The position numbers were made by a program, and so were the translations under genes. Below are positions 27,580 to 43,023 of a DNA stretch of 64,000 nt, in pieces. Source of the stretch: Eledone cirrhosa (Eukaryota); assembly GCA_964016885.1 (NCBI GenBank), contig OZ024741.1:353090001-353154000 (forward strand), given 5' to 3'. The notes below the pieces were generated by a model. That model did no database searches and was not told the DNA's origin. It was given only the letters and a program-made list of their open reading frames with translations. Numbering within the stretch: position 1 is the first letter of the stretch; every line of letters begins with the position of its first letter.

Positions 27580-27682
27580 GTATGTATATATATATATATG
27601 TGTATGTGTGTGTATGTATGTATATATATATATATATATATATACATACACACAACACACTACACACACACATATACGCACG

Positions 27683-27716
<34 letters not shown>

Positions 27717-28240
27717 GATACACGATCACTCGACGTTTTACAGGGTGTAATGGGTTACATGTTACCAGTAGTACTCAGATGCAGCCTGTTGTATTTACAG
27801 TCTCTGCTTCTCTGCCTTAGTTGCTCTCGTTGCTAGCTTCTCATATTTGATTGCGAGTCGACAGCCATTATATATATATATATAATAGTAATAAACGAAA
27901 GATAAATTCTTTATATCATCTCTATTTATCTTATTATATATATTTCGAAGACGTAAAGTTTTATGTAAAACCTAAACATCTCCTATGTATTTTGTCTAAA
28001 GAAGACATGTTTTGTTTTATGTTATACATAAAACTTTACATCTACGAAATATACATAATAAAATAGAGTTGGTATAAATATATATCTTTCGTTTATTACT
28101 ATTATTAAGAAACTATTACTATTATTATAATAATACTCCAGATAAATGTATGCCGTTGAGAGCTTGGTTTCTGTTACATATAAGAATAAGTTGATTACAA
28201 ATCAACTAACTCTTTTTTCATTGATTTATATATATATATT

Positions 28241-28290
28241 TAGCCGCGAAACGGCTTGAGCTCAGCCGTCGGGGTCCTACTCGTTCCTAT
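28241..28290 (+). repeat. HHR family B 3'-half fragment in (AT)n
   Basis: GAAACGGCTTGAGCTCAGCCGTCGGGGTCCTACTCGTTCCTAT, identical to the arm at 3584-3623. Confidence 0.85.
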
Positions 28291-29339
28291 ATATACATAT
28301 ATATATGTGTATGTGTTTATGTATGTATGTAAGCACACACTCACACACGCACATAAACATATATATATACATATTTATAAGACAGGTTTCCACACAGTTT
28401 CCGTCTACTGATGTTTCACTTACAAAGCATTGGTTAATCCGAGGATATATATAGATGAGGACACTTTAGTCCCTTTCTTGAACTGAACATGGAACCAAGT
28501 TGTGGTGAAGCAACATTTTAAACCATACTGCTATGCATGTAAGTGCTTCTGTACTCTATTGCGAGACGTGAAGTGGACATTGGTAGAATAAAGCGTATTG
28601 ACATTTCATTATATGAGAGCAGCACTGGAAACTGATGTGAAAATTAGAACATCGATGATATTACACCTGATATTATCGATGCCATTATCCGTGGACAGTT
28701 GAAGCAGTCTTGAATGAAGGGAATCCTTCTGCAGAATGGGAGTAACTAGACTTCCAAATGTACGGCTAAAAGTATTGAGAATGTAGGCAATCGTACTATG
28801 AGCCATATGCTAGAAGGCGCCACATTATGTGTTTGGGATATTCCAAATACAAATGTGGGAATGTGAAAATAATAATTAGAATACAATATAAGAAAACTGA
28901 AAATATTCCTTGAGATTTGTTAAATTTATAGATAACGACACTCCTCGGTCTTTCTTCCATTTAAGAGTATAGGTGAGGTATTTGTAATTAACTAGGAATG
29001 AAATGTAAATATGCTCACTACCTTTGTGTCTTCTAGTTATATTAAGGAAAAGATTTGAAACCGATGTGGTGCTTGTACACATATTTTTATATTAAATACT
29101 TGATTGTTACGGTTACAGTTTTTTCTTGTAAATATTTAAGAAAATTAATATTTGTAAGGGCGCCAACAGTCAGCCAAACCAAGGTCGGCCTTTTTACTTC
29201 TCTGCAGGCTAATGGCTATAGCTGGTGGTAGTTGATATGTCAAATAATTAAAATTAATTTGTTCAAATCTTTGCAATTGATTTGGCCTGCAACTAATTTA
29301 TCAACACCCTACGGCATTAGTGCACACATAGTTGCACAC

Positions 29340-29389
<50 letters not shown>

Positions 29390-29817
29390 CCCCCCCCCCC
29401 CCCCACACTATCTCTCACACACACATACACACCTATATTTACATGTACGTTTGTATGTATGTGTATATGTATATGTATGCGCAATATTAATGATTATTCT
29501 GTTGTTTTTGATTTGATCCGAATTAGTAATGTGCAAAATAGCATAAGTCTACACTGCACATGCTTTATCAGTCAAGTTGCATATGCTGCATCAGTTGGTA
29601 ATGCATATGCTGTGTTAGATAAGATGTACGGCCTAGCTGTAAAACTAAAAAAAATCACACACACACGCACATCTTTATACATGCATATCACAACCATAAT
29701 TACACATGCATATATATACAAACACATAAAAAATATGACATAATACATAAACAATATTAATCAGAAAGAGATGGAAATATAGCTAGCAAGAATCTCAGTA
29801 ATATATATGCATACATA

Positions 29818-29857
<40 letters not shown>

Positions 29858-32016
29858 TATATATATACATATATACACATATATATATATGTATATACAT
29901 ATATATATACATATATATATACATATATATATAATGTGTTTATATATATATGTGTGTGTGTGTGTATGCGTAAACATCACATGATTAGAAGACGGTGGTA
30001 GAATTTTTATATTGAATTGAATTATCAACCTTGCGGTACCTTTGGCTACAGAAAATAATCTAATGATTATAGATTATGAAACCCCCACAGAATGGAACAA
30101 AATGGGCGTCAGCATTCATATGATGCCGCTAATCAGTTATTCTAATCTAGGGCCTTATACGCCTTTATTAGACTAATATCTGTAGTAAATCTATACGATG
30201 AAGTTGCTAATTCAATATACTTATATAATGATACATTTAAAGGCAACATTGAACAATTTACTTGAGGCAGGCGAGAAAGCCCGGAAGTGGGAAGAAGTAA
30301 AGCCTCTAGTCCAAATAATGAGTAACCTTCACTACACTACATCTAATAAACACAGGCACATCACACACATATGCACCCACAAACAACCATTCACTCACAC
30401 ACTCTTGTATATAAATAAGGTAGCAACATGTCTGTGAAGTTAAGGTACTGGACTACCGACCACAGCCATAGTGATGTGCACCGGAGCAAGGCAGATAATT
30501 CTACTTGCTCCTGTTTGTCCAATTGACACAAATGTCAATCTCCTCTCCTACACTATAGCTAAGTGTAAGCAGAGGGACGGACATTCAGGTGTGAAAATAA
30601 TTACTCCAATAGAGCCTAATCAGTCCATCCATGCACACAGGTAAAAAATAGATGCAAAAGCAACTGTTTGTGTTTTTATGTGCATGTGTATTGAACTTTA
30701 TAGAAATAGTTCTTGCCGCCATATATATGACCCCACAAGCTTATGCAATGCATATTTAGTATTTATTTCAGTAATAGTAACTCTAGTAGTAATAGCAGCT
30801 GTAGGAATATCAAAAATAGTATCATTAGTTATTGCAATGATATTCAAAATTTTGATGTTTTTAATATATATCTACATTTACAAAATTCTGTAAATCCTCG
30901 CAGATCTGCGTTTTCTATGTATAGCAAGATATTGTTAAGATAGGTAATTTAAATTGTAAGGGGTCACTAGCTGAAAACCATCATGACTTTGAGCTGTTCT
31001 ACTAATCGACAAAATTATCTGTAAGTGACTAGCAAATATTTATTCCACTGAAACATTAAATATACTCTCTCACGTTATAATTAAACAACTATGTTTTGTT
31101 TTCTACTGTTTTTCTTATGATTTTGCTGGTAGGATAGGTACATCGTGAACCTGTCTGTTATAAAAGGCGACTAAAAGGGACATCTGGTCGTAATACATTG
31201 CTTCGAAAAAAGAGCAAAAAAAAAAACGAACCCATGACGAGTTTGCCACCAGGCCCCAAATTCTAACCCCTTAAATGTTTGGTGGTGTTGTTATTGTCTA
31301 GTTCTTTTTGTCAACCTTTAATATTATTTACAATCGTTTTTCGAGTTAAATTGAAATTTCGATAAACGTTAACAAAAACAATACAAACATCAACAGATAC
31401 AGAAAATAAAATAAAATGCGATATAATACAACATATAAACAATAAAATATTTGTAGAGGAAACAAGGAACTAAGTTTGAAAGTGAATTAACTGATGTTGT
31501 CGTTGATGTTGGTATTACATTTCTTGTAGGATTTAGTCAAAGAAAGATAGTTATTGTAAAAAAGCAGCCCTCTTCTGCAGAAGCAGCCCTCGTGGTCAGT
31601 TGTTGTTACGATTGCTAAAATTCTACAATAATCCCTATAATTAGTCTTGCTGGAAATCTTTTGTGTGTTGATAAGTGAAGCAGACTCTCCCATCCAACGC
31701 AATAGTCAAGGGTTTGAGATATTGCTGAAAAACCACACCCACCTTTATTCTTTTACAAACAGAATCACTACGCAATGGAAAGTGCCATAGAAATATATCC
31801 TGCTATTCTTTGGCTAAAGACATGTTACAAATGCTTACAAGAGAGTGTACGGTGCAAAATGAATGCCTAATAACCAGGTTGGGATTTTAAACAAGGTGAC
31901 AATTAATGTTGGTCTTGTTTCTGATGTTATATTATATTATATATATATTATATTATTCATGCATGCATGAATAATATAATATATATATAATATAATATAT
32001 GCATGCATGAATAGAT

Positions 32017-32320
32017 GTGGAGGATCAGGCGGATGGCAGTGGAGGTGGATGGTTGGGGGCTCACAGGCCGTTCCTTTAGTAAGACCTACGGAACCCTATG
32101 CAATATGAGAACGAGCAGGCGAAGAGCCACCAAGAACAACATAAAAGAAGCAGAGTAGGTATTACGGTGGTTCTGGCTGAAAAGAATTGACCGGTGATCT
32201 CAGGCATGTAGACCTGTGATTCTACATGGACACAAGCAGAGGACTGATCAACCTATGTCAGATCACAAACATGAGAAGGTTTTGTAAGCCCCCAAATACA
32301 CAGTGACTCCAGGTCTTTCT
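32017..32320 (+). mobile_element. Hero/R2-like non-LTR retrotransposon 3' end, decayed
   Basis: Across a frameshift: WRIRRMAVEV..G.TGRSFSKTYGTL..RRRATKNNIKEAE*VLRWFWLKR, resembling REL-clade C-termini. Confidence 0.55.
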
Positions 32321-32555
32321 ATTTGTAGATGCACGGAGAACTATGCACACACTACCCACACACACGCACACACAGCACACACACATATCTATATATGTAT
32401 TTATATATACATATATATATATGTGTGTGTGTGTTTCAACATTCACGATCATTTCAAATGAATGAAACAGTTCCAGCCCTGTAGGAGTTATTTTTATATG
32501 AAATACATAACACATGCATGCATACACACACACACACACATATATATATATGATT

Positions 32556-32817
<262 letters not shown>

Positions 32818-33153
32818 TATATGTGCATATGTGTACATATATGCTTTATCGATAATCTATATGTGATGTGTGACAGTGTATGCAATCTGTTTTATATGTG
32901 ATGTAGGGTGTTTTATATATGATGTAGGGTGCTTTATATGCTATGTAGATGTACATGGTTGGGGTGTATTTGAGGTAATCAGTAAGGCTACGTGCAGTGT
33001 TACAGTATCATCAATACATTTTCTTCTGTGCAAACTCAGACAGACACTTGTATTTATATCTACATACGTGCCTTTCATATAAACACACATGTAAACACAT
33101 GTATACACACATACAAACATATATGGATACACACATTCATATATACAAATACA

Positions 33154-33230
<77 letters not shown>

Positions 33231-33710
33231 CATTTACATACGTATATACGCACAAATGTATACACATATCGCATATGTACAGGTGCACATTCACTTATAC
33301 ACGCACACATACCCACATAAATGCCTATATAGGTACTTTAATCGTTAATTGTTGAGTGATCATGGCCATAGGTTTGATGAAGTACGTTATGTTCTGTCGA
33401 TGCGTTCATGTGTTAGAAGATGTTATGCTCTATTCATTTGTATAAGTAGCCCTGCGTTATTTGGGTTGTTTTGTGAATGTGCTTGTTGCAATAGAGTGTA
33501 AAAAGATGTTATATCGATATATAGTGTTGTGAAATCGATCGAATAATACTCTTATATAATTGGGCGTGATCTCCGCTTGGATGGTAGTCTCCATTGCATT
33601 AGAACAAAACTTCCGTCGTGAGGGCACTTGTTAAAAAAGTCCACTCTAATGTTGAGGCAGTATTTAGAGATCTTGAACTTGTATATGATGTATATATATG
33701 TGTGTGTGTG

Positions 33711-33771
<61 letters not shown>

Positions 33772-34446
33772 GTGTATGTATATGTTTATATATATATATA
33801 TATATATACATCATTGATATCCATTTGTTTAACGAAACATTTTCCACTGCGCCTGACAACCACTACCTTAATATCACAATAACTCACACCAGCCCCCCCC
33901 CCCACCATTTAACAGGCTACACATACACTCATAATCACACACTTTCGCACTAACATCCACATATTTGTACTTAAACAAACATTCAATATTCCGAACACCA
34001 AACACGAGAAGTACAACACATGCTACCATTATCAACATTGCAAATGCATTAACTACCAACACCGCTACCATTAACAACCCCTTCCACCACCACAACCATA
34101 ACCACCACTGCTGCCGACACCATCGTCACCGCCACCGCCACCGCAACTGTCGCCACCACCATCGCGTTAAATTATTATCACAGCAATTACCACCACAATC
34201 AGCACCGTCACTGACATCAACCAGTACGAGTAACATTACTATTACTACCACACCAATTATTTCCAGTACTATTATCCCCACCATCTTCACCACGCGACAA
34301 TACAGTATATCAACATGTCAGTATCAATGCAATCTTCTTCAGGCGGAAGCATGTGTGTGTTTTAGCTAAATTATTGTTGATAGTATTGGTTTTTGCATGG
34401 ATAACATATGTTTTGTATTTATGTGGCCCCTGTGGCTTGTAAAAGA

Positions 34447-34515
<69 letters not shown>

Positions 34516-35044
34516 GTTTCTGAGATATATGCCGAGTGTCTTCCTGATACCCAGAGCAAATAAATTCACTGTGTGCATTGGTAAGCCAGTTAATACAGCA
34601 CATTGATTATAATTAAAAAAAACAAAAAAAAAACAGCATATATAGATACACATGTGCATATGCATATGTAAATACAAGGAGGGATATCAATCTTACAGAG
34701 AAAGTGTTCTTCTCAATACGTGTGCAGTACCAGTCAAAACAATTTTTTTCAACTCGTGCAGAGAGGGTAAACCAGGAATCATTTGCAAATATTGTTCTGT
34801 TCCTTTCTTGATTATTCCCAGTCCTCCCACAATCACTGGTATTGTAACGGCCTTGAGGTGCCACATTTTCTCAATTTCAATTAGCAGATCTTTATATTTT
34901 CGTAGCTTGTCAAATTCTTTTGCCGCGATATTGTGATCACATGGGATGCTCATATCTATCAATAAACAGACCTTGTTATGTTGATCTTTTACAATGACGT
35001 CAGGTCTATTTGCTTTTATGGTCCTGTCAGTATGTACAGGAAAG
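34516..35044 (-). mobile_element. R4/Dong-like LINE 3' fragment (intact REL endonuclease C-terminus + 3'UTR) inside (TAA)n
   Basis: TDRTIKANRPDVIVKD..LIDMSIP..KEFDKLRKYKDL..IPVIVGGLG..GTAHVLRRTLSL* (34693-35043). (TAA)n at 34448-34515 and 35045-35098. Confidence 0.9.
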
Positions 35045-35098
<54 letters not shown>

Positions 35099-35412
35099 GC
35101 ACACATTGCTCTGCCACATCCTTATAAATATTATTGTTGTGTTGGTTGTTTTAATTGTTGTTGATGTTGATTTTCTTTGCTGGGAACATGTTACGGTGTT
35201 CTATAAGAAAAAGGAATTTGATTTCTTTTACAAGCAAACAATTGAAAGAATCTAATCCATTACCTTGGATAGGAAAAAAACCTGTGTAAAGATATTTTAA
35301 AAACTATTACAGGTTTCTGATATTTGCAAAATTTACATTTTCCAAATTCGAAGGTTCAGAAGTGGCAGGTATAATAATACCAAACTGCCTGAATCCACCT
35401 CTTGTATGATAA

Positions 35413-35994
35413 TGTTTCTACTTTTGGCACAAGGCCAGCAATTACCCCGTAATTATGAAAGGCAAAGTTAACCTGGCGGGATTTAAACTCAGAACGTAAA
35501 GGGCCATAACCCCTATGTTGCAAAGCATGGTGTCTGACGCTCTACCGATACTGCCAAACCACCTTTGTGTATATATTTATCTGAAAAACCTTCCATGATA
35601 ATTTTCTGTTAGAAACTTTAAGCTATATTTCGAACACCAGGTTAATAACTATAGACATGAGGCCAGCAATTTGGGGAGTGGAGAAAGCCGTATAAATAGA
35701 CCCCAGTGTATTACTGGTTCTTTATTTTATCGACTCCGTAAGGATGAAAGGTAAAGTTAACCCCGGCGGGAGTTGAACTCAGAACTCAAATGTCCACAAC
35801 TCTATGCTGTAAAGCATGGTGTCCGACGTTCTACCAATACTGCCAATCCACCAGTTTAATAAAGATTTCTAGTATAGGCACAAGACCAGTAATTTTAGGG
35901 GAGGGGAAGTCGATTACATCGACCCCAGTACGTTACTGGTGCTTTATTTTATCGACCCTGTAAGGATGAAAGGCAAAGTTAACCTCGGCGGGAT
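35413..35994 (-). mobile_element. Cluster of three head-to-tail SINE family A copies
   Basis: Copies at ~35413-35562, 35655-35852 and 35865-35994. Confidence 0.8.
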
Positions 35995-36919
35995 CATAAT
36001 AATGAGAAGGCTAATTACATTATTAAATCAACGCATATTATTTAAAAATTGGTTGAAAATCATAGGCAGTGTATTTCATTAGAAATATGGTAACAGAATG
36101 GTTAATATAAACAAGCAAGTTCCAAACTATTCAACAAATATATAACAACATTTAACTCTGAAAGTGATAGTGTAGGAAAGAAAAATAATTTAATAAAAAA
36201 AAAAACATGCAAAAAATAACAATACCAACATCAACGGCAACATTTCTTCACCATTTACTAATGTGAAAAAACCAAAAAAAAACCCCCCAAAAAACCCAAA
36301 ACAAAAAAAAAAGGAAGCAGCTCCATTAGAGCCAGCTGATAGAAAATAAAAACCAGTGACTTCTTGCTCGATAAGTTTATTTAGGAACCAACAAGGAAGA
36401 AGGTTAGGTAACTCTGTTTTTCAAAAAACAAAAAAGAGTTTGCGTATACCCTCAAAGGAAGATTTGGAGAAAGCTCTCTCCAATGCATGGCCGGAAATGT
36501 GCTCCATCGACTGTGTCCAGGCGTACATAGGCGTGTGTGTGTGTGTGTGTGTGTCTGGTTTTATATAACCCAGGTAAGAAGAAAAGCTGTATCACATTGT
36601 ATGGGATGCAGAACCACCAAAATTGCAGTCACAGATATTAGTATAGACAACGAACTTTGGCTTTATATCACCTTTGCACAACGCTGTTGGCTAATGGTGG
36701 GCACAGAATCAACCCACAATATGTGAGTGTGTCAGATCTGTAGAAAACATTAAGTTCTGAATGATTCCTGAAAACCACAATAGTTTTCCGGACTGATACT
36801 CAATCGGTTAGTGCTGAATGGTAGAAGTCCCAGCTCTTTAATTTTAGCAATTTTAGCATAAGAAACCGTTATTATTATTATTATTATTATTATTATTGTT
36901 GTTGTTGTTGTTGTTGTTG

Positions 36920-36991
<72 letters not shown>

Positions 36992-37028
36992 ATATATATA
37001 TGTATATATATGTATATATATGTATATA

Positions 37029-37127
<99 letters not shown>

Positions 37128-37203
37128 ATGATGATGATGATGATATCGATGTGTAAATATAAACATATGTATACATTTATATGAACATAATCATATATAC
37201 ATA

Positions 37204-37265
<62 letters not shown>

Positions 37266-37663
37266 GTCGTTGAAATAGTCTGTTTGCTAAAACCTATTGA
37301 TAGGTGATGTTTCCATCCTCCAGTTTCATCATGGAGTTATTGGTAGTGGAGTTAGCTAAAGGTAATAATACTGTCTGTAGTTATTGATACCACGATTATC
37401 TCTAATCAGGAACTCTCTCTCATCCTCTCTCTCTCTCTCTCCCCCCTCTCTCTCTCGCTCTCTCTCTCTCTCTCCCTCTCTCTCTCTCTCTAAAGCAAAC
37501 GTACACACATACTGACCAACACACACTTACACTTACACAGTTTTTTGCAATATCGTCAAGTTACACTGACACATTTGTTTACATATACACATACTCACTT
37601 GAACAAACACAGATAAGCACGCACGCACACACATACACACACACACATATATATATATTATAT

Positions 37664-37721
<58 letters not shown>

Positions 37722-37857
37722 CCATAGCCATTTTTGATATGTACAAAATATAATCGCATATGCTCTAAAAAGAAACAAAAAATGATGAGAAAAACATAAC
37801 TCATCTTCACACACATAACAGCACAAGCACAGGTGTAGACATATACCAGCCATAACG

Positions 37858-37871
37858 GTAACCATGGCAAC
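37858..37871. promoter_or_regulatory. RFX X-box-like motif
   Basis: GTAACCATGGCAAC fits GTNRCC-N(0-3)-RGYAAC and lies in apparently unique sequence. Confidence 0.35.
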
Positions 37872-38093
37872 ACCAACAGTCTCATCTACACAACACTGGA
37901 TAAGCAAAATATAGGATACAGTTGAATTATACATAATCTCTTACTGATTCTGTTAAAGCATTGAAAAAACTTGGAGATTGAAAACTCTGTTTGCAATAAT
38001 ACACAATATAACAGCACATAGCTTCAATTAATTATGTACACATACAAAACGCGTTGGCACGCACACACAGACACACATACATATATATATATA

Positions 38094-38254
<161 letters not shown>

Positions 38255-38260
38255 CATATT

Positions 38261-38331
<71 letters not shown>

Positions 38332-39059
38332 TAAAGAATTGGCAACCGTTACTGTTAAAACCAGACAAAAGCAGAGACAGACGGATAATATATAAACAAT
38401 ACAAAAATGGCAACACGAAGAAGACAAAACCCACGGTCATCAGCTGTCGGAATGGACATACGCTCAACTCAAACCGACATTACTTCTGAGTAATTCGGTG
38501 TCACAATGTCTGTCTAACAAGATAGTTGTTAAACACTGTCCTGAAGTATTTTAAAGGACGTGAAACAAGACGAAAATACAGTACAGAACAGAACGCAGAT
38601 ATAAATACTGAAATATACAAAACAGAACGAACCGAAACGAAATATATGTGTCTGAGTATAAGATATATGTACATATACATTCATATACATACATATACAT
38701 ACACACACACAAACACACACATACACACACACACACACACATATATATATGTGTGTGTGTGTATTGGAGTATATGTGTCAGTGTGCATATATATATATAT
38801 AATTTCAGACAAGTATACAGATATATTTATATTAAAATGCATTCTTACATGCATATGCTTATCTCTCTCTCTATATATATATGCATAGAAGCAGAAACAT
38901 ACAAACAGTTAAACGCACACATACATACATATATATACTTATATATGTATAAATATGTATAAATATATGTGTGCGTGCGTGTACCTGTTTGCATTTTTCT
39001 GCTTCTATATATATATATATACACATACTTATACATATACACATACTTATATATTTATA

Positions 39060-39149
<90 letters not shown>

Positions 39150-39515
39150 GTATACAAGTATATATAGATATTAATATGTGCATATAATAATCCATATATA
39201 AAAAAACAACAACACAATAAATTATAATCAATAATTGTAAATAAAATATTTAAATTTAAAAACAATTTAAAGGTTTTTAAAATATGAAACACGATACAAA
39301 ATAACAAAAAAATATTTTCTGATTCTTTTCTTGCTTGGTGGGACAAAATTGTAGAAATTTCAGGAGCATTGCATGGTTCCTCTTTTAATTCTGAATATTA
39401 ATAGTGTTATATATTAATTATATTTTAATTCCATTTCATCTTTTATCTTTCATTTTATAAATTTTATAAATTTTCACACCTAATCTCCCCTGTTAACCTT
39501 TCGCACACATATTTA

Positions 39516-39632
<117 letters not shown>

Positions 39633-40066
39633 GTGTGTTTGTGTAAATATGTATATATATATATATGCATATTACAAATCAGATCATATATTGACATATA
39701 CATATGCATATATATATATATACATGCGTGTGTGTGTGTGTGTGTGTGTGTGAATACGTGTAATTCTGTGTATCTTTGTTTATGTGTGTCTGTGGCTGTT
39801 AGTTTTGTGTGTGCATGTTAGCGTTTGTGTATGAGTGTTTGTGTTTGCGTTTGTGTGTGTTTGAGTATTATTCTTTAGCCCACAACTACATTGTAGTAAT
39901 TTCGACTATGATCAGAATTATGAATATCTTACCATTATCATTATTTTGTTTGAGCTAGCATTCGTAATTCTGACGTTTGTCGTTGTGATATTTTATTTTC
40001 TTCATCTAAGTTTTATTATCAATTTTTTTCAATTTTTTTCTCTTTAAATTTAGGATCATTTTAACA

Positions 40067-40405
40067 TCACAATGCTGTTGTGTTATTATAGGCTTCAGTT
40101 TTCGTTTGCGATACCACCACTATATCTTTCTGTCCTAGAACTTTTACGTGAAACATTCCTTCACGTTTTTTCGACAGTTCTTCCTTGGTTACCTTGGACA
40201 ACTTACAACCAAACAAGATACACAATAAGCAAACTAAACCCTCAAACCCGGCCCCACCAAGAGCTATGAGAATCAGAATATCCTTCTTTTCTTTTTGGAA
40301 AGTATGTCCATCCGTTGTATGACTGACCAGTCCAAGACGTAGCAATTGGATGCTGACAACAGCAGTCACCAAAGAAACCACGGAAATGGCAATGAAGCAC
40401 ATGAT
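40067..40405 (-). CDS. Last coding exon of a host multi-pass membrane protein (possibly MS4A/TMEM196-like four-TM type)
   Basis: Acceptor tctttctttgtctcatttcag|ATC, then 112 non-repetitive codons with two hydrophobic helices (IMCFIAISVVSLVTAVVSIQLL; ILILIALGGAGFEGLVCLLCILFGC), a charged tail and TGA. AATAAA follows at ~39992-39997. Confidence 0.75.
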   Translation of the reverse strand: MMCFIAISVVSLVTAVVSIQLLRLGLVSHTTDGHTFQKEKKDILILIALGGAGFEGLVCLLCILFGCKLSKVTKEELSKKREGMFHVKVLGQKDIVVVSQTKTEAYNNTTAL

Positions 40406-40689
40406 CTGAAATGAGACAAAGAAAGACAAATTATTAGTAAATAAATAAATAAAATATCGATCAGGATAATAACATGACTAATAACAAACATATAATCTCC
40501 AGGGCATCGGTTCTGAATTTCTGGAACAACATCGGTATCGTGAAGAAGGGAGATTTCTAGGCATAGGTGATATTGGTCTTCCACAAAAATCGTTGCCCTG
40601 ACTTGCGCCTTCGGGTGGAACTATCTATACCTAAACATATTGTCAATTGTGTCCGAAGTTTACTTCAAAATTATTATATACTGCAATGT

Positions 40690-40960
40690 TTGGAGATATT
40701 TCTTCGTACATCTATGACCTGGTCATTGTTACTTGAAAAAGAGCCAATATATCTATATTACTTTGTTGGAAATTCCAGATTTTCTTCGCGAGCGCAGGTC
40801 CAAGTTTTTGAACGAATGGGTATGTACAATCTTTTAAAGCAAGTTAGAGGTTGATACGTTCCCAGATTAATTTTAATATCACATTGGAAAACGCATCGGC
40901 GTATTAATTTAAATAGGTATCTCAACACAAATAATTAGAATCTACAGCACATACACCACC
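40690..40960 (-). pseudogene. Possible heavily decayed Naiad-like GIY-YIG remnant
   Basis: Fragments FQCDIKI, FKRLY and ALAKKIWNFQQSNID resemble the endonuclease at 48856-49310. Confidence 0.3.
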
Positions 40961-41601
40961 GACTATCATAATTATATTAGATTCGTTCGCACATCTCTGC
41001 ATCTATTTTCAGGGTAATTCCAGTATCTATATACACCCACATTAACTCTCTTTTATTACAGCCATATATATCTCTTCATTTCAACGTGTCAACAACATAT
41101 CTCTTTTTCCTAATCTCTATTGGCGTCATCAACCAGTCTATATTATAGATATCAACTGCATTATCTCCTTATTATCTTTCCTCACCCTTTCTTCTTTTCC
41201 CATAAATGTTATATATTGCACTAATTTTCGCCTCCCCATAACTACATTCTCTCTTCTAACTATTTTAACAGGCCCACACCGCTAGTGAACTACACCTCAC
41301 AACGGGCAGCGACTGAACAATTAAAAGCTATACTTTTGTACTTGCTTCTACTTCAATTTCTTCTAATGACCCATTAACACAGTCTATTGGCTGCTTTCAT
41401 GTTTGCTTACCATCGCTTCCATTTGTACACTGATGTAGTGTAAGCATGCATGTATATTTGTTGAAATTTACAAATAAATTATCTAGTAATTTACAAGTAA
41501 ATTATCTAGTATACATCGATGATCAATCTATATATGTGTACGCTTATAAATTTACTATACAAGTACGTCTTCTCATCCACTTGACTTCAGTTTCTTCCAG
41601 A

Positions 41602-41711
41602 TGTATCTGATGATATGCAGAATTTAATAACCCAGTGCGAGATAATGGATTACGCAATAATTCAGCTCTCGTAGGCGATTTCGTAACTGTATTGAAACAC
41701 GTGTTAAAAAC
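41602..41711 (+). ncRNA. Degenerate extended HHR motif
   Basis: CTGATGA-tATGCAG...CTGTATt-GAAA-CACGTG-TT. Stem I is weak. Confidence 0.5.
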
Positions 41712-41796
41712 TATTGTAGGATAAATGTTTCTTCGAACTTCAACAAATGTTGCCCAGTTTTTCATTTTATCTTGTTTATATATAAATGTATACATA

Positions 41797-41897
41797 TAGT
41801 TACGTGGTGTTTTACCTAATGAGAGTAAGATTTATAAACATTTTAATAATCGATATAGTGCTGCCCAAGTACACAGCTCAGAAAAGCAAGATGGTGA
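41797..41897 (+). repeat. Dispersed repeat, second copy at 50817-50920
   Basis: TAGTTACGTGGTGTTTTACCTAAT...GATATAGTGCTGCCCAAGTAC is shared by both copies. Confidence 0.8.
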
Positions 41898-41910
41898 AAG
41901 ACTATATGTA

Positions 41911-41983
<73 letters not shown>

Positions 41984-42072
41984 CTCGATATGCAAATTAG
42001 GCTACTCAGCCGTTAATATGCATAAGGAAAGTATATACTTTCAAACGTTCAATCGATTGACAGGAATGTATA

Positions 42073-42113
42073 CGGTGCTGACGACAGCTAATAAGCTAGA
42101 AACTAGTTCATCG
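42073..42113 (+). ncRNA. Type I minimal hammerhead ribozyme
   Basis: CGGTG-CTGACGA-cAGCT(AATA)AGCTa-GAAA-CTAG-TT-CATCG, with palindromic stem III. Confidence 0.7.
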
Positions 42114-42365
42114 TTCCTTTGTCAGTGTTGAACAAAAGGGCAACGATGGTTGCCGAACACTGTATGGCTTAATTCGAGCTGTTTGTTTACAAACAAACCG
42201 AACATTATAATAAATGTTCGGTAGACCCATACGTACATATATATATGTGTGCATGTATGTATGTATATACATACTACTGTACGTCTGTATACATATTTGT
42301 ATGTACGTATACATACTTGTATTTAAGTATCAGCCGTACTAAGATTGAGAAATGAAATTTCATTT

Positions 42366-42405
<40 letters not shown>

Positions 42406-42409
42406 ATAC

Positions 42410-42569
<160 letters not shown>

Positions 42570-43023
42570 ATATATATATATATATATGTGAGAAAAACGA
42601 CAGACCCTCCATCTCAACTCACCTTTGAAAAGCAGAAGAACTGCAAAACCGGTAAAGGAACCAAATAAATATATATATTTAAAAAAAAAATAAGACTCCA
42701 GTTGCATTTTCGATTTCATCTCTTTTTCTTTATACTTTCACTCGTGTAGGACACCTCGGTTATTTTTCAATTTGTAAAAAAAACCTCACTTTCTAATATA
42801 TATATATATATATATATTATAAAAATAACAAAATAAGATGCTGAGGTTACATAAATCGTTTAATCATTATAATTATTTCTACGAATCTCCACGAGATATA
42901 AAAATCTCCATCGTAACTAAAAACTGTGACCGTTGAGAGCTTTCCCCTGCCTGCGCCTGTTTTTTTTTACCAAAACAATCTCTTCTGAACATATATATTA
43001 TTATTATTATTATTATTATTATT

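Noticed and set aside
29572-29637. Candidate short terminal exon (RPYILSNTAYALPTDAAYAT*)
   Set aside because: The acceptor is plausible, but the segment is too short and lacks homology or linked exons.
38415-38450. Minus-strand CTGATGA core
   Set aside because: No downstream GAAA/stem III before the sequence runs into (AT)n.
42630-42662. TTGAAAA-GCAG/CTGC-AAAA-CCGG-TA hammerhead-like string
   Set aside because: G12 is missing and stem I is out of register. It is probably a dead relative and was not counted.
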